DNA of 64,000 bases, from positions 14,380,587-14,444,586 of the forward strand of contig CM120648.1 of the NCBI GenBank assembly GCA_051362555.1, in the 5' to 3' direction. The translations under genes were made by a program, and so were the position numbers. The first letter of the stretch is position 1, and each line of letters begins with the position of its first letter. Under the pieces are notes generated by a model, which was not told the DNA's origin, ran no database searches, and saw nothing but the letters and a program-made list of their open reading frames with translations. This DNA is from Lingula anatina (Eukaryota > Animalia > Brachiopoda). Shown piece by piece: positions 25,301-35,800 of the stretch.

Positions 25301-28300
25301 CCCAGTTTTACAGAATTGATGGTCATTAAATGCTGGTCAAGTTCCAAAAAAAAGACATGATCAGGCTTTTTTTTTAAGTTACGGTATGCTGTTTTTCCCT
25401 TTTTTCAGCACATACGCAACACTGATAACACATTTCAAGGAAAACCGATGTACCTATTGTCTTGAAACCTTACAGGAGTGCTCAATATTACTAAAATACA
25501 GGTTTAGTACAAAAATCAGCTTGATCTGACCATTTTTACAATAGTTATAAATCTCCCAATGAAAATATCAAACTGATTTAGATTATATTGGATACCCCCC
25601 AACCCTCTCTCTCTCTCATACTCACTTCTAGGAAGGCCCTCTTCTAGACCAGCATCTGCCACCACCACCCAGTCATTGGTCCGTATGTTCAGTGGCTTGG
25701 TGTGATCAGCCACTATCTCCACAGGGGTTGGAATAACATACAGTGGTGGAATCTCAAATCGTTTCAAATTTTTGTTATTATTGTATCTTTCCACTGCTTT
25801 ACTGTAGTGCATGCTCAATCTGGTAGCATCTGAAATGCCACTGCTGTCTTCCCAAAAGTATTTGGCAAAGTTCAGATCCTCCCCCACAGTGCAGTGAAGA
25901 AGCACAGGTGTACACCCTGGCGACATGATGTACCTGAAGAAACAGCAACCATTTTTATCATACAAAACTAGAGGATTAGAGAGGCGATACCACCTCTGGG
26001 TATTGTACCACCAGCTGGAGTAAGCGCATTCGTATGTAAAAGCAAAAACAAGGACACCACCTCTAGTTTTGTGCTTGACAAGATCTACAAAATGCAGGCT
26101 TGAGTTTGAATTATTTTTCTTGAAAATTACAATTTAAAACAAAATCATGGGGAAGAGTTAAAGTTTAAATCCCAATTTGTAAAGTGCAATTCATGGCAAA
26201 AGAAGGTCAAAGGTCATTTTTAAGATCACAGTTAGATTGCCAGCATGACTTCCTGTATTAGTTCAATAGTAACTATGGGCATATCTCTGCTAGTTTTTGA
26301 GACATAACAGATGGAAAGGTTGTAAAGTTCAGCTCATGGTGAAAAGTAGGTCTAAGGTTAATTTTAAGGTTACAGTTAGATTGCCAGTACATATCTTCCT
26401 ATTCAACTTAAATAGTAAATTTGGCCATATCTCTGTCAGTTTGGGAGATATAAGAGATACAAAGTTCAGTTCAAAAGTAGGTGGCCGCTACTCCCGTGAA
26501 AATGCACCCAAACTCACAGAGATGAAAGGTGACCTGAAGGGTAACACCTGCCAATAATATTATAGGTAAGGTCTGTGTAGTTTCTGAATATCAGCACAAT
26601 TTTTTTTTTTTTTTTTGTAAAAAATTCCCTTTTTTGAAAATTTTGGCCCGTTTCACCTTGAAATAAAGGTCAAAGGTCAAATCCAAGGGCATATTTGAAA
26701 TCTCCACATATGACTTTTGGTCTGCCATCTATAGAAATTTTTCCCATAATTCCTTCGATATGGTAGATAATTTGCATTTAATTTTGCAAATTTTGGACAA
26801 AGGTGCATTGCAACAAGCGCCACACCTAGACCCCAGCACTGACAAAGCCCAAATTTTACATGAATCGAGTTGAGATTATATGTGACCTAAATCCAAGAGA
26901 TGGGTATGCAGGCCCTTGTAGTCTAGGAGCAGAAGCGGTAACAGTGACATGGTGGCGGGGCCGGCAGAGCCGCAGGAGCCGGCGGAACACACGGGTTGCG
27001 ACTAAAACCATGGGTACTGCCAGCACCTCCGTAAGCTGGTGGTACAATTATGACTCAATATTTCTAGACCTGAATTTTGAAGGGTGTAGGAGGAAACATG
27101 TCAGGACAGAACCAGCAGACACTTGAGCAACGTTATTTGCAGCAATAAGCTTTTTAAAAGCATATACATTCTCCTGATCAATCCAACTTTAAACTGACTT
27201 TAAATTTGTAATTTTGAAAGACTTTCATACAGCCTTAAGGCTTTCCACTATTAGTTTGTAATAAAAAGGATGGTTCAAATTAGTTCAGTATCATGGTACT
27301 GGATTATCACAGTAAAATTGGTTTCACATTTTTATATTACTCAATATTTTGTATAATATGTGGTAATATATTGTCCTACAGGCACTTTTGTTCATATTTT
27401 AATATTTTAAAAGCTAACTTACTGTTTTGACATGCAGTTGGGCCTAATGCAAATAACTGCCTGATGTAATTCAGATAGAGTTGTTCCACAGTTCAATCAT
27501 GGGCAACCCCATTAACCATGGTGTATGAAGATAACGTTTTCTTAAACATCCAAACATTGCATAAACATGTTGAATAGATCAATGAAAGTTGCCAATACCA
27601 GTTACAGTTTTGATATTATCATTATGTTTTCTTTTCTTATGATACCCCTGTACCCTGACAAGGAAGCCATTTTCATGCCAAAGAGTCTGATACAGTGAAG
27701 TGCATCAGCACTCCAATTCAGACTACGATAAATAATCTGTGCTATTTATGCTGCATCAAAATTGAATAAAAAAAAACAATTTTTTACTTGTTAATAATAA
27801 CCACAGGAAAAAAAAAACCTGTATGAATGAATGATTTATAGTAAATATTGCTATTGCTGAAAATGAGTTTTTAGACAACTTTTATACAAATAAATCCCCC
27901 AGAATGTGGAAAGCACTGACCATAAATCTTCATTAATCGTATGTAGTACTGAATTTATCAGTCTTCGAAATAAACAGCTGTCGGATTGCCCAGGACAACT
28001 AAAAAGCATGTCAGTGAACTTAAAATTACGAAGTTGTTGTCTGATCGGGCAACTGAATAAATTATTGACATAAAGAGTAAACCTATCTCAAAATCTACAC
28101 AGAAAACAAAAATTTTAGCTTAACCTAAATCGTTCTGTTTTCCTCAAGATTTACTATCGCAGTAACCGACCTGCTGATCAAAGTGTTTGCTATTATTAGA
28201 GCTATAGTTATTTATAGCACTGCTAGTAGCTGGTCGTTTTATGAAGCAGATAGAGACAGGAAGATGACGTAATGCCTGGGGAGTAGGAGGAAGGGTGTCA

Positions 28301-31300
28301 TGTTTGCCACTTTGCCAGATTCTTCACCTTTCGTTCAAGGCAAAACCTCACTACGATTAGATGGCATTAAGGAGCACGATTCCTCAGAGGGGCATTTCAA
28401 AGCGACAGCACCAGTGCTGGCGGTTCCAAAGTGGCGTGGCGGACTGCTTGCATTGGCTGCAGAAGTCAGAATCTGAAGGTCTAGGAGTTTTAATGAGAAA
28501 CACGTAAGTTTCAATTTTTTTTTTATATATTTTTACTTGTTCTTGTTGTCTGCTTTGAAGTATTTTTACTTCATTTTAATAAAAGATAAAAGTGAAATTG
28601 TGATGACAATTGAATTGTTTTCAGACAAGCACTTTTTCTGGAAAGAGAAGAATTGGATCCAGTGCCAGAAAGTCCCAGGCCAAGTCCTGTCACAGACTCA
28701 GAGGGAAGTATTGTTGGATGAAGAGTTAGAGGGAACTGCAGCTCAGTCATCAGATGAAACTGCTTCCTTTCTGGAATTTGAGGTACAGCCCTGTCTCACA
28801 TAAAATTGAGAATTCGTAGGGCATTGGTATGGTCGAGTCCTGTATTCCTTTCAATCAGTGTATCTATGTGAAAATCAATATGCTTCAATGTCTGAACTTC
28901 ACAACCATGCAATTTAGGAGTCTTCCAATTTTTTTTTTTTTTTTCATTTTTATGGTACTGTATGATATTTTATATTGAATTATTCATTTGTCTTTTCTAG
29001 CAGGAGGTAGTTACAGATTCTTTGGTTACTTCAAAGGAGAATGATGAAGATGAATTTGATGAAGTAGATGAGATGGAGATGGAAGAAAACACGTTTTTTT
29101 TTTTTTTTTTTTTTTTTTTGTCCTTCAAGGACTAGTCTGAACCAGACATTTCATGTTTAAAATAGTGACATTCCTTTTTATATATAGACACTATATTCTG
29201 ATCATTCTGTCTGTCTGTGCTGTCCAACGTGTTGTACTTCCTGTATCATGATTACAATGGTGAAGATGAATTTGATGAAGTAGATGAGATGGAGATGGCA
29301 GAAAATGCAGCAGTTTAATTATTGTTTATTATGATAATTGTATATATGTAATAAATTAATATGTCCACATTTGAAAGTAAGTTAATAGACTAAGAGGCAG
29401 AGAAATGGAGAATCCTATTACACTTAGCTAGCAGTCAATATATTGAAAATTATTATTCATTCTGGCTTGTCTTCAAATCTTGACCTGAAGTGCCTTTTTT
29501 TGCTAGAAAATATTCTAGTGTTTGTACAAAAGTATGATGATGTATAGTTGTTCTTAAAATAATTGTTTGTGGGAAGACATGTTACTAAATGCTGCATTGT
29601 TGCTGTTGAGGTTCTGTAATATAAAACTGCTCATCATCATCATGTTTATTTGCATAAATTAATCTATTTAAAGCTACACAGTGCATGTCAGCCTTTAACC
29701 CCCTGAAATAAAAGGAATCTTGGAAGTTTTGTGTTATTTTCCTACGCTTCATTTGGGCAACCAAAAGGGGATGGGGCAACCTTTAAAAATGGTTGTCTGA
29801 TGGGACAACCACTCTAAAAAGCTCATTTCACAGACTGATTTATATTACTTGTTGGTCAACAAAGAAAAATTTAAATCGTTTAAAATAAAACTAATGTAAT
29901 CTTCTTCGTGACAAACCAATTGAAATAACCTTTTAATTTCACATTTTCAAAGATTTTGTGGAGATGAACCCCCAAAGCCTCATTCAAGAGGAGTATCCCC
30001 CTCCAAAACCCTACCCCACCACCAAAAATAGCCTTATCACCTAGCAGTCTTGAAAAAATGGTGAAATAAAAATTTCAAAAAGATCAGCAAAAGTTTGGTA
30101 GAACAAGTAGATTTTTTGTCCAGCTAATTTGAAAGACCATCAAAGCCTTGGAGTTTTGGCCATGGCTGCAAGAATAACATTTGATAGCAATCAGCAGATT
30201 TCAAATGTCATTGAATTATGTCATCATAAAATTCAGTGTAGGAGTAGCCACAGTGATTCAGCACCATGGAGTCTGAACTGAGCACATTGTAAACTTTTGA
30301 GCTGTGCTCACTAATAGATTGGTATGAGGTAAAAAACTTACACCGCACATAATTATGTCTGTGAGACAGATCTATGGAGACAAATTGTTAAGTTTTCCAT
30401 TCAACAGAAATTGCTACTTTGTCAAAAATGGAGACATCTTTTTGGGCTATCCTGTATAAAAGAAAGGAAGTCTTGTGACCAATGAACCTTTGTAGCAAAA
30501 AACTACGATATAAGAACCTTTATACTTTTATATGAACCTTGACACTAAAACAAATTTAAACAAATGACCCCTCAGATCAATGAGCCCTCAGAATATTGAG
30601 ACATACAACTTACCAGTTAGGTGATACATCAGAACGTGCCCAAGTGGAAATTGAAGATTTCAAAGAAACCACCAATTTTTCCTGTGATTGCAGCACCTGT
30701 GTTGTTGTATTTTTTGAAAAGCGAAGACGAAACAGGGACCCATCTACATGATGTAGCTCCATGGCTATACCATCAAACTTGGAATCAAGATGAATTTTTC
30801 TCAACATGTGATAAAAATAGAGTTCCACATTTGTCAAATTCATGGGTTGATCTCCAGTGTTTGTTAATGCCATATACTCCTTTTTTGAATTTTGTATCAG
30901 ATAGTATTTCACATCAAGGCTCTCTGCAATATAATTCAGATGCAGTTGTTCTTTGGTAGGCAAACGTGCTGAAAAATATAAATGAATAACTGTCACCAGC
31001 GTACTGGATTATCAATCATTAATATAAAGGTTTCAGATTTGACAAACAATTTACTTATTTAGTAAATCTGTACTATAAACAATCAATTGCAGTGGGCTAG
31101 ATACCTAGATACCTAGACAGTGAAGATGCAACATATGCAGAGTGACTGATATGAAAAACAAGGCAGCAGAGCTGTCAAATGTGCAGGCACAAAACAGGAA
31201 ACATTGCGCAAATTAAAATATTGTTTGTCAATTTAAAAGCATCATTATATAATGTTTAGTAGCTTTATCACCACCACTTCCAAATAAGTACTTAGCACAG

Positions 31301-33471
31301 AGCTTCAAGCCCATACGAGTTCAAAGTCCTACGTGTGGTAATTGTAATTTCTATCAGTTGACAAGAGGAATTTGAGTGAAATTATTTCCTCTCTGGTTAT
31401 GGCATGCCAGTAGAGGGTGTGATTGGCATAGAAGAGTTCTCGTGTCATTCAGGCGATATACATTCTGTTACACACTTTGGATTTGAATTTGTATTATTAG
31501 GATTTTTCCTTATGATATATTGTTGATTATATCATATATAATTTATAATTACAGGTGTATGGCGGTCGATACGTCTTTGGAAGAGCTGAGAAGCCTTTTG
31601 TTCTTGAATGACCATGATTGTTGTAGGTTATCCTTCTTAGTAAAGGAAGAGAGCTTGTTGAGTGTTGGATGGCCTTAGTTGCAATATGTCACCTTGTTTA
31701 CAAGCAGGAGCATTTTCAAGGCCCTGGGTGGCCTTAGTAGCAATGTTTCATCTTTTTGACAGTTGGGAGCCTTTTTGAGGATGGCCTTAGTTGTCATGTG
31801 TCACCTTTTCAAATGTGGATACCTTTGTCAAAATACTTTATGTAAATGGTGTCATAAGATAACACATTTTTACTGGAGTACAATAAAAATAACAATGTTA
31901 ACAGTTGTCTCTTGCTGGGAAACAGTTTGGTTGTTATTAATGGCTAGTATTAAGAAAAGTTTTATGTTCTTGAAATTCAAACATACAGGGAAATGTTTTT
32001 AAAAAATATGAAAATGCACCAATTGATCCCAAACTTCCGAAAATGAAAGGAGTCCCTAATCATAATCCTTCACTATAATATGAAAGCTTAGGTCTGTGAA
32101 CTTTCTAAAATTTGGCACAAACAAATATTTTTAGAAACTTTTTAGAAAATTTTAGCCTGTTTGACCTTGAAATAATCCCCCCGTCACACTTATTTGGAAT
32201 CAACAGGAATCAAAAAGAATGAGGCTGAATGAAGAATTTTAAAAATTCGCACCACATTTTTAAATTGACCTTTATTATTGTAGGAGTACCGTTGGAATAC
32301 TCAGAATGCGCTTGAATTCGCCTGGAATGATGAGTGCACTTTTGGCTGTTTTAGCTCTCAAATGCAGTTCGAATGTAGTTGGAAAACTAGGAATATCTAT
32401 AATGCTGTCAGAAGGCAGTAAGAATATTTAGAATATACTTTGAATGGCATACTAGTGTAGTTCGTTTGCTGGCAAAATTAACATTTCACCTCATCCGAGG
32501 CACATTCTCTGTGCCTCTCAACTGAATTACCTGTTCAGGTAATTACCTCAGCCTTGATGATGACTCATTTTATTTTATTTTTAAACATGCTGAAAAATGA
32601 AAAAAACAGCAGATGTAAGTTAGAAGAAAAAAGGTCAAATGGTTTTCCACTTACTTTTATAACACTGAAAGTGCACGGGGACGATTAAGACAGGGACGGC
32701 AATGACCAATGCAGGTGACAGCTATATGTGCAGACACATTTGTGTCTGCATATAAAAATATACAAACTTAAAGTTTCAATAACATCTAGGCAAGATAAAT
32801 GGTGACATAGTTTCAAAAATCTTGGAAAAAATTAACAGTTTTTATTTTAACAACAGGTATGATCTATCTTTTCGTACTTTTGGTTTTTCTGATAAACCAT
32901 CAATGCACACTAATGTCATAGTGACAACACATTCCAATACTTTAAGTTATCAACTAAACACAATGGTTCATTTTTCACTGGCAACATTCTGTATGAGTAA
33001 GCCATGGCCAAACTTTTATAAAATATATTAATCTATATTGATAAAAAAGTAATAATCTACTTCAATTGTGAGACATACAAACTATAAAGACAACATTAAG
33101 TACTCAGGTCCACTCACAATGAGTTAGGTCTCAACAGCTACTGTGTACTAACTTCAAGGGGACTCTCGCTAAATGCAATCAAATTAACAGACAAACAAGT
33201 CTCCTCTTGTTTCCAATGAACTTGTATAACCTCCAGCTTCTCAGTATCCTACTTACTAGTAACCTCATGTGCATATTCAGGATCTGTGCCATTACTCTCA
33301 CATACCTGTATATATGGCGGCCAACAGCAATAACATGGTCAATATGATAATTGCCATAGTCCCACTACAACAAGTCCTCCGCATGAATCTTAGATGACGT
33401 CTTGCACGACGTGACTGGATCATTGCACAGACAATGATGCGCAAGCGCCGCAGTGACATCTTCAATGCCAT
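5755..33471 (-). CDS. GH20 beta-N-acetylhexosaminidase, chitobiase-type (CHB_HEX N domain, GH20b, GH20 barrel, C-terminal domain); 10 coding exons, about 908 aa
   Basis: Exons 33471-33306, 30968-30614, 25933-25626, 24366-23939, 21772-21232, 18638-18469, 11664-11484, 10941-10698, 8724-8539, 5902-5755. All introns are GT-AG with matching phases; total 2727 nt = 908 codons plus stop. Motifs DAPRFSYRG, DVSRNF, KMNKLHFHLSDDEGWRLEIPGLPEL, EFDMPAH, catalytic HLGGDE, YLYFDHP, ERGLYWASR, QLWTE, MLFPRLLAVAERSW. Confidence 0.93.
7074..7930 (-). mobile_element. 3' fragment of a CR1/L2-group LINE in the last intron
   Basis: ORF remnant ...FYLNKPISQKYKEFLAELSVSLHNLAVETGR, followed by a decayed EFHFIL / KxSVFK-like segment. 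Ends in aataaattgaattgaa, a short-repeat tail, on the minus strand. Confidence 0.7.
8539..8724 (-). CDS. Hexosaminidase exon 9 (chitobiase C-terminal domain); 5' boundary ambiguous
   Basis: ...DGTLSANCEIPGFDIMYSVDFGQTWK...VWLAIR; gtgag donor; three in-frame AG acceptors give exon starts 8724, 8709 or 8703. Confidence 0.82.
9440..10416 (-). mobile_element. HINE family B, truncated copy
   Basis: Homologous to 15503-17423 and 25966-27048, with 1-2 satellite units; ends gctggttgtacaat. Confidence 0.7.
10698..10941 (-). CDS. Hexosaminidase exon 8
   Basis: GIQSQLWTETIRSADQFYYMLFPRLLAVAERSWH...YRLPLPGAV; aaag acceptor, gtaag donor. Confidence 0.92.
11484..11664 (-). CDS. Hexosaminidase exon 7
   Basis: VILSNANYLYFDHPQIQDPEERGLYWASR...ENILG; cttcag acceptor, gtaag donor. 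Confidence 0.92.
11720..14680 (-). mobile_element. Two adjacent HINE-A copies (left ends near 11720 and 12547), each with a nested family P element (11901-12125, 12719-12905)
   Basis: Repeated aaggcagcaaagctgtcaaa(c/t)gtacagaca ends; bodies colinear with 3519-5353 and 52517-54910. Confidence 0.72.
15503..17423 (-). mobile_element. HINE family B with central tandem array
   Basis: Left end actagag...agaggcgataccgcctct (hairpin; CTAG terminus on the minus strand) plus subTIR attgtaccaccagc. Right end gtaccgccagcgtatacgctggtggtac. Confidence 0.8.
15880..16625. repeat. Satellite of about 146 bp, 5 units, inside HINE-B
   Basis: The caaaggtcaatttcaaggtcaca motif recurs at 15961, 16095, 16241, 16387 and 16532. 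Confidence 0.9.
18469..18638 (-). CDS. Hexosaminidase exon 6
   Basis: Not in the ORF track. (A)KYQVDVILWDAIKKSDKDIVHKDQYNMPDNQISINVWDIGHSGQDIAHVLLKKGYK; ctttcag acceptor and gtaaat donor; bridges phase 1 to phase 0 exactly. Confidence 0.85.
18793..19116. mobile_element. Short hAT-like MITE
   Basis: TIRs cagacatgatgaaact and agttttcagcatgtctg; subterminal (g)tcggt/gaccg repeats; ctatg on both flanks. Confidence 0.6.
21232..21772 (-). CDS. Hexosaminidase exon 5 (contains catalytic GGDE)
   Basis: IGARRCHDPTKVACLMPQLGSGP...EFDMPAHAHAAI...NVMNPC...IHLGGDEVP; tttag acceptor, gtctg donor. Confidence 0.93.
21964..22301. mobile_element. TTAA-flanked MITE (Kolobok-like termini)
   Basis: ttaa|agggataacaactgt ... 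acagctgttatccct|ttaa. Confidence 0.7.
22335..22375. repeat. (TG)n microsatellite; others are (TA)n at about 12218-12253 and (TG)n at about 40921-40967
   Basis: Read directly from the sequence. Confidence 0.9.
23310..23915 (-). mobile_element. Decayed HINE-A terminal fragments ending about 25 nt from the exon 4 donor
   Basis: taatattcatcagttctgtaagtttga and a decayed tgtacagaca...tgcctgtgca terminal palindrome. Confidence 0.55.
23939..24366 (-). CDS. Hexosaminidase exon 4 (GH20b and start of the catalytic barrel)
   Basis: EAYRIDV...AGVFYAMQT...DAPRFSYRGTHIDVSRNF...GWRLEIPGLPELTE; ctccag acceptor, gtttg donor. Confidence 0.93.
24597..24930. repeat. AT-rich minisatellite, unit about 40-45 bp, about 8 copies
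   Basis: Recurring ttcattcaatgttgtttcattttttatgcaata(a)tt. Confidence 0.8.
24935..25550 (+). mobile_element. HINE-A terminal fragment in the opposite orientation
   Basis: Begins tatgtacagacacagatgtgtctctacat, the reverse complement of the family A right end; contains a family P fragment at about 25238-25306. Confidence 0.7.
25626..25933 (-). CDS. Hexosaminidase exon 3
   Basis: (W)YIMSPGCTPVLLHCTVGEDLNF...VIPTPVE...DWVVVAD; cttcag acceptor, gtgag donor. Confidence 0.88.
25966..27048 (-). mobile_element. HINE family B, complete short copy, inserted about 30 nt upstream of the exon 3 acceptor
   Basis: Same termini as 15503-17423, with a perfect subTIR pair attgtaccaccagc / gctggtggtacaat; about 2 satellite units. 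Confidence 0.82.
27959..29837 (+). mobile_element. Internally deleted hAT-like element with a zinc-finger transposase remnant
   Basis: Imperfect TIRs cagtcttcgaaataaac and gctcatttcacagactg; atttat on both flanks; subterminal gttgtc/gggcaac repeats. About 28320-28410 reads SPFVQGKTSLRLDGIKEHDSSEGHFKA, which resembles the N-terminal zinc finger of ZNF862-like hAT transposases. Confidence 0.6.
30614..30968 (-). CDS. Hexosaminidase exon 2 (chitobiase N-terminal carbohydrate-binding domain)
   Basis: ARLPTKEQLHLNYIAESLDVKY...HHVDGSLFRL...ARSDVSPNW; tttttcag acceptor, gtaag donor. Confidence 0.88.
31158..32755 (-). mobile_element. Diverged HINE-A-related composite, including a HINE-B fragment at about 32010-32175
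   Basis: Left end aacaaggcagcagagctgtcaaatgtgcaggca; right end atgtgcagacacatttgtgtctgcatat. Confidence 0.6.
33306..33471 (-). CDS. Hexosaminidase coding exon 1 (basic tail plus hydrophobic anchor or signal)
   Basis: Not in the ORF track. Reads MALKMSLRRLRIIVCAMIQSRRARRHLRFMRRTCCSGTMAIIILTMLLLLAAIYT, then a phase-1 gtatg donor that fits the next exon. In-frame TAG 18 nt upstream of the ATG; acceptor tttttcag before 33534. Confidence 0.8.
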
Positions 33472-35410
33472 ACCCTCCTTTTCTTTCTAAGTGATATCAC
33501 CACCCAAACCCCAGTTATAACAATCTCCACAGTTCTGAAAAAAAGACTATAGATGTTTAATCAAAATCTCAGAAAGATCATCTCTACCTTAAAACATACC
33601 ACATCTGAACAGACATTGCTTACAATAACCTAATTATAACCCTAATGAAGACTCACTGGTTTAGGCAATGTAGAACTTTATCAGTGGAGAACTTCTGAAA
33701 CAACCATAACTGAAGCTAAATGCAGTGCAGAATGACACACAAGATGAGAAAAAGTGTATTTTCAGAGTAGGTTGGATCAATGTTTTATTGATAAGGGTTA
33801 GATATATATATATATAAATTATATGTGGAATATGCTGGTAAGCCTCCAGCTTTCTACTACAGCCACAGTCACTGCTAAGGTGTTATGTCAAAACACATCC
33901 TCCTAAGGCTCACCTCCAGGCCAATATGTTATATTGATCACTCTTCCTCCAGCTGCTATGGATTAAGACAAACACACACATAACTTTATTACCCTCCAGC
34001 CATTAAGGTGACAAGTCAATTCAGCTGATTACACTGATTGCAATTAAGCGAGAAACCCCGGCTTGATCCCGCTGGAATGATGTTTGAATCTGAACATGGT
34101 CACAGAATATATTTTAGCTATCAAATTAGAAAATAAGTGATTTTTAAAAGGCATCTTGTGCTTAAGTAAGTGGGCAAAGAGTTCCCTGGTTGACAGGTCA
34201 AGATGACAGCATTGATAACTTGTCTCATATGGCAGATTGCTATCTGATGACGTTTGCTACTTAAACCTGTGAAAAGTAATAAAGTTTTGTGCGTGTTTGA
34301 CTTAATCCATAGCATAACTTAAAGAAATACCATACTTCCCAAAAAATATATATATATTTGAACAAAAATATTTTGTTTCTTTATGTGCTACATACAGCCT
34401 TTGCTTGTTTCTGACACTCATTTGAATATGGGCATTTGAAATGTCTCTGACGGGACATTTTAGAGACAATTTTCAAGATTACAGTTGGTAAACGATCCAC
34501 GTGGCTACTTTTAAAGACATTTTTACTTAGCTGGACCATAAAGGATTATTTAAAACAAGCAGCTAATTTGCACTGAAATAAATGTGGGAATGACAATCAC
34601 TTAAATGTCAGTCTCTGACGGGACATTTTTGACCCGTTACTGTGTTTTGATCCATATTGTGCCTGCTGCAGTTATGCAACAAAGATCACTACCTCATTGG
34701 GCAAAATTATACTAACTGGAGGGATGGATAAATAGGTCAACTTTGTTTTTTTTTTCTGGTCGCGCGATGCCTTTGATTTATCCATTGCCATGACCATGCT
34801 ATTTAAGTCATATCGCTGTCATGTAAATAACTCTAGCAAAAGTTAATTTCATGTGTTACAGGAATCTAAACTGGCTTCATATGCAACAATAACAGCATGT
34901 GCAGGAGCCAAGTCGCACTCCCTAATCACATTACCCCAGGTTAGGAATGTTCAAAATCCACACTTGTCCCTGAATTCACACAATTACCATTAATCAATGC
35001 ATGTCGAGTTAGTTGCACATAAGCCATGCATTCTCTGTTCAATATGCCATATAGCATTATGTAATCAACAATCGACTGACTGCAGGGGCAACATAAACTG
35101 GTCTATTTGACTATACCCATCACCTATGTTTCTCTTTAATGAATATTAAAAAAAAACACAAAAAGGACATGTTTGATATTTCACCACGTACCATGTTCAG
35201 TATACGGCAAATCGTAAACGGGCAGATGTTGAACGAAGTAAACCTCGGCCATTGGCATGTTGCTCCTCTGGACTCCCAGTTTGTCTTCGTTTTTTCCCTT
35301 TTTTCCACTGTTCACCTCTTTCTGATGAAATATATAAAGTTGATGGTCTCCTTTAGTAGTTTAAATATTCTTTACACTACATTTATCTCGCAAAATTAGC
35401 GAGGATTCAC

Positions 35411-35800
35411 CTAAACGGGAGGTTTAATATGCTAAACCATTCCCTGCGATATGTAAACAAAGTACATTTACTGCGGAGCTACTTTCGAACGGTAATCTAC
35501 GGGGGGGGGGGGCAGGTCTGATCACAATGTACAGAAAATAAAATTATCAATCCACAAATCACAGTAAATAAAAGTTTTATTCATAAATCATTGTATATGG
35601 AGGAAAAGTACGTGTTTAGAATGTGGGTATCGCGGATCACGCTAATTAATATGAAGTTTCGCAAGTCGTTAAATAAAAAGTGACTTTCACGGGTAACAAT
35701 ACAAGGGCTAGTCGGTCATCCGGGCGCTTTACCTTAGCAACCGGCATCTGGGGTAAAACAATGCGGGCAACTTGGCGGATCGCATTGCCTTCTATGTAAA
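35411..35800 (-). promoter_or_regulatory. Probable promoter and non-coding first exon of the hexosaminidase
   Basis: Local CpG enrichment in a CpG-poor background. Candidate donor ag|gtgaat at 35411/35410 on the minus strand. The ATG exon has its own acceptor, so an upstream exon is expected. Confidence 0.4.

Noticed and set aside
5755-33471. Bacterial contamination or recent HGT explaining the chitobiase-like gene
   Set aside because: It has nine phase-consistent GT-AG introns filled with host transposons. Ancient transfer cannot be judged without a phylogeny.
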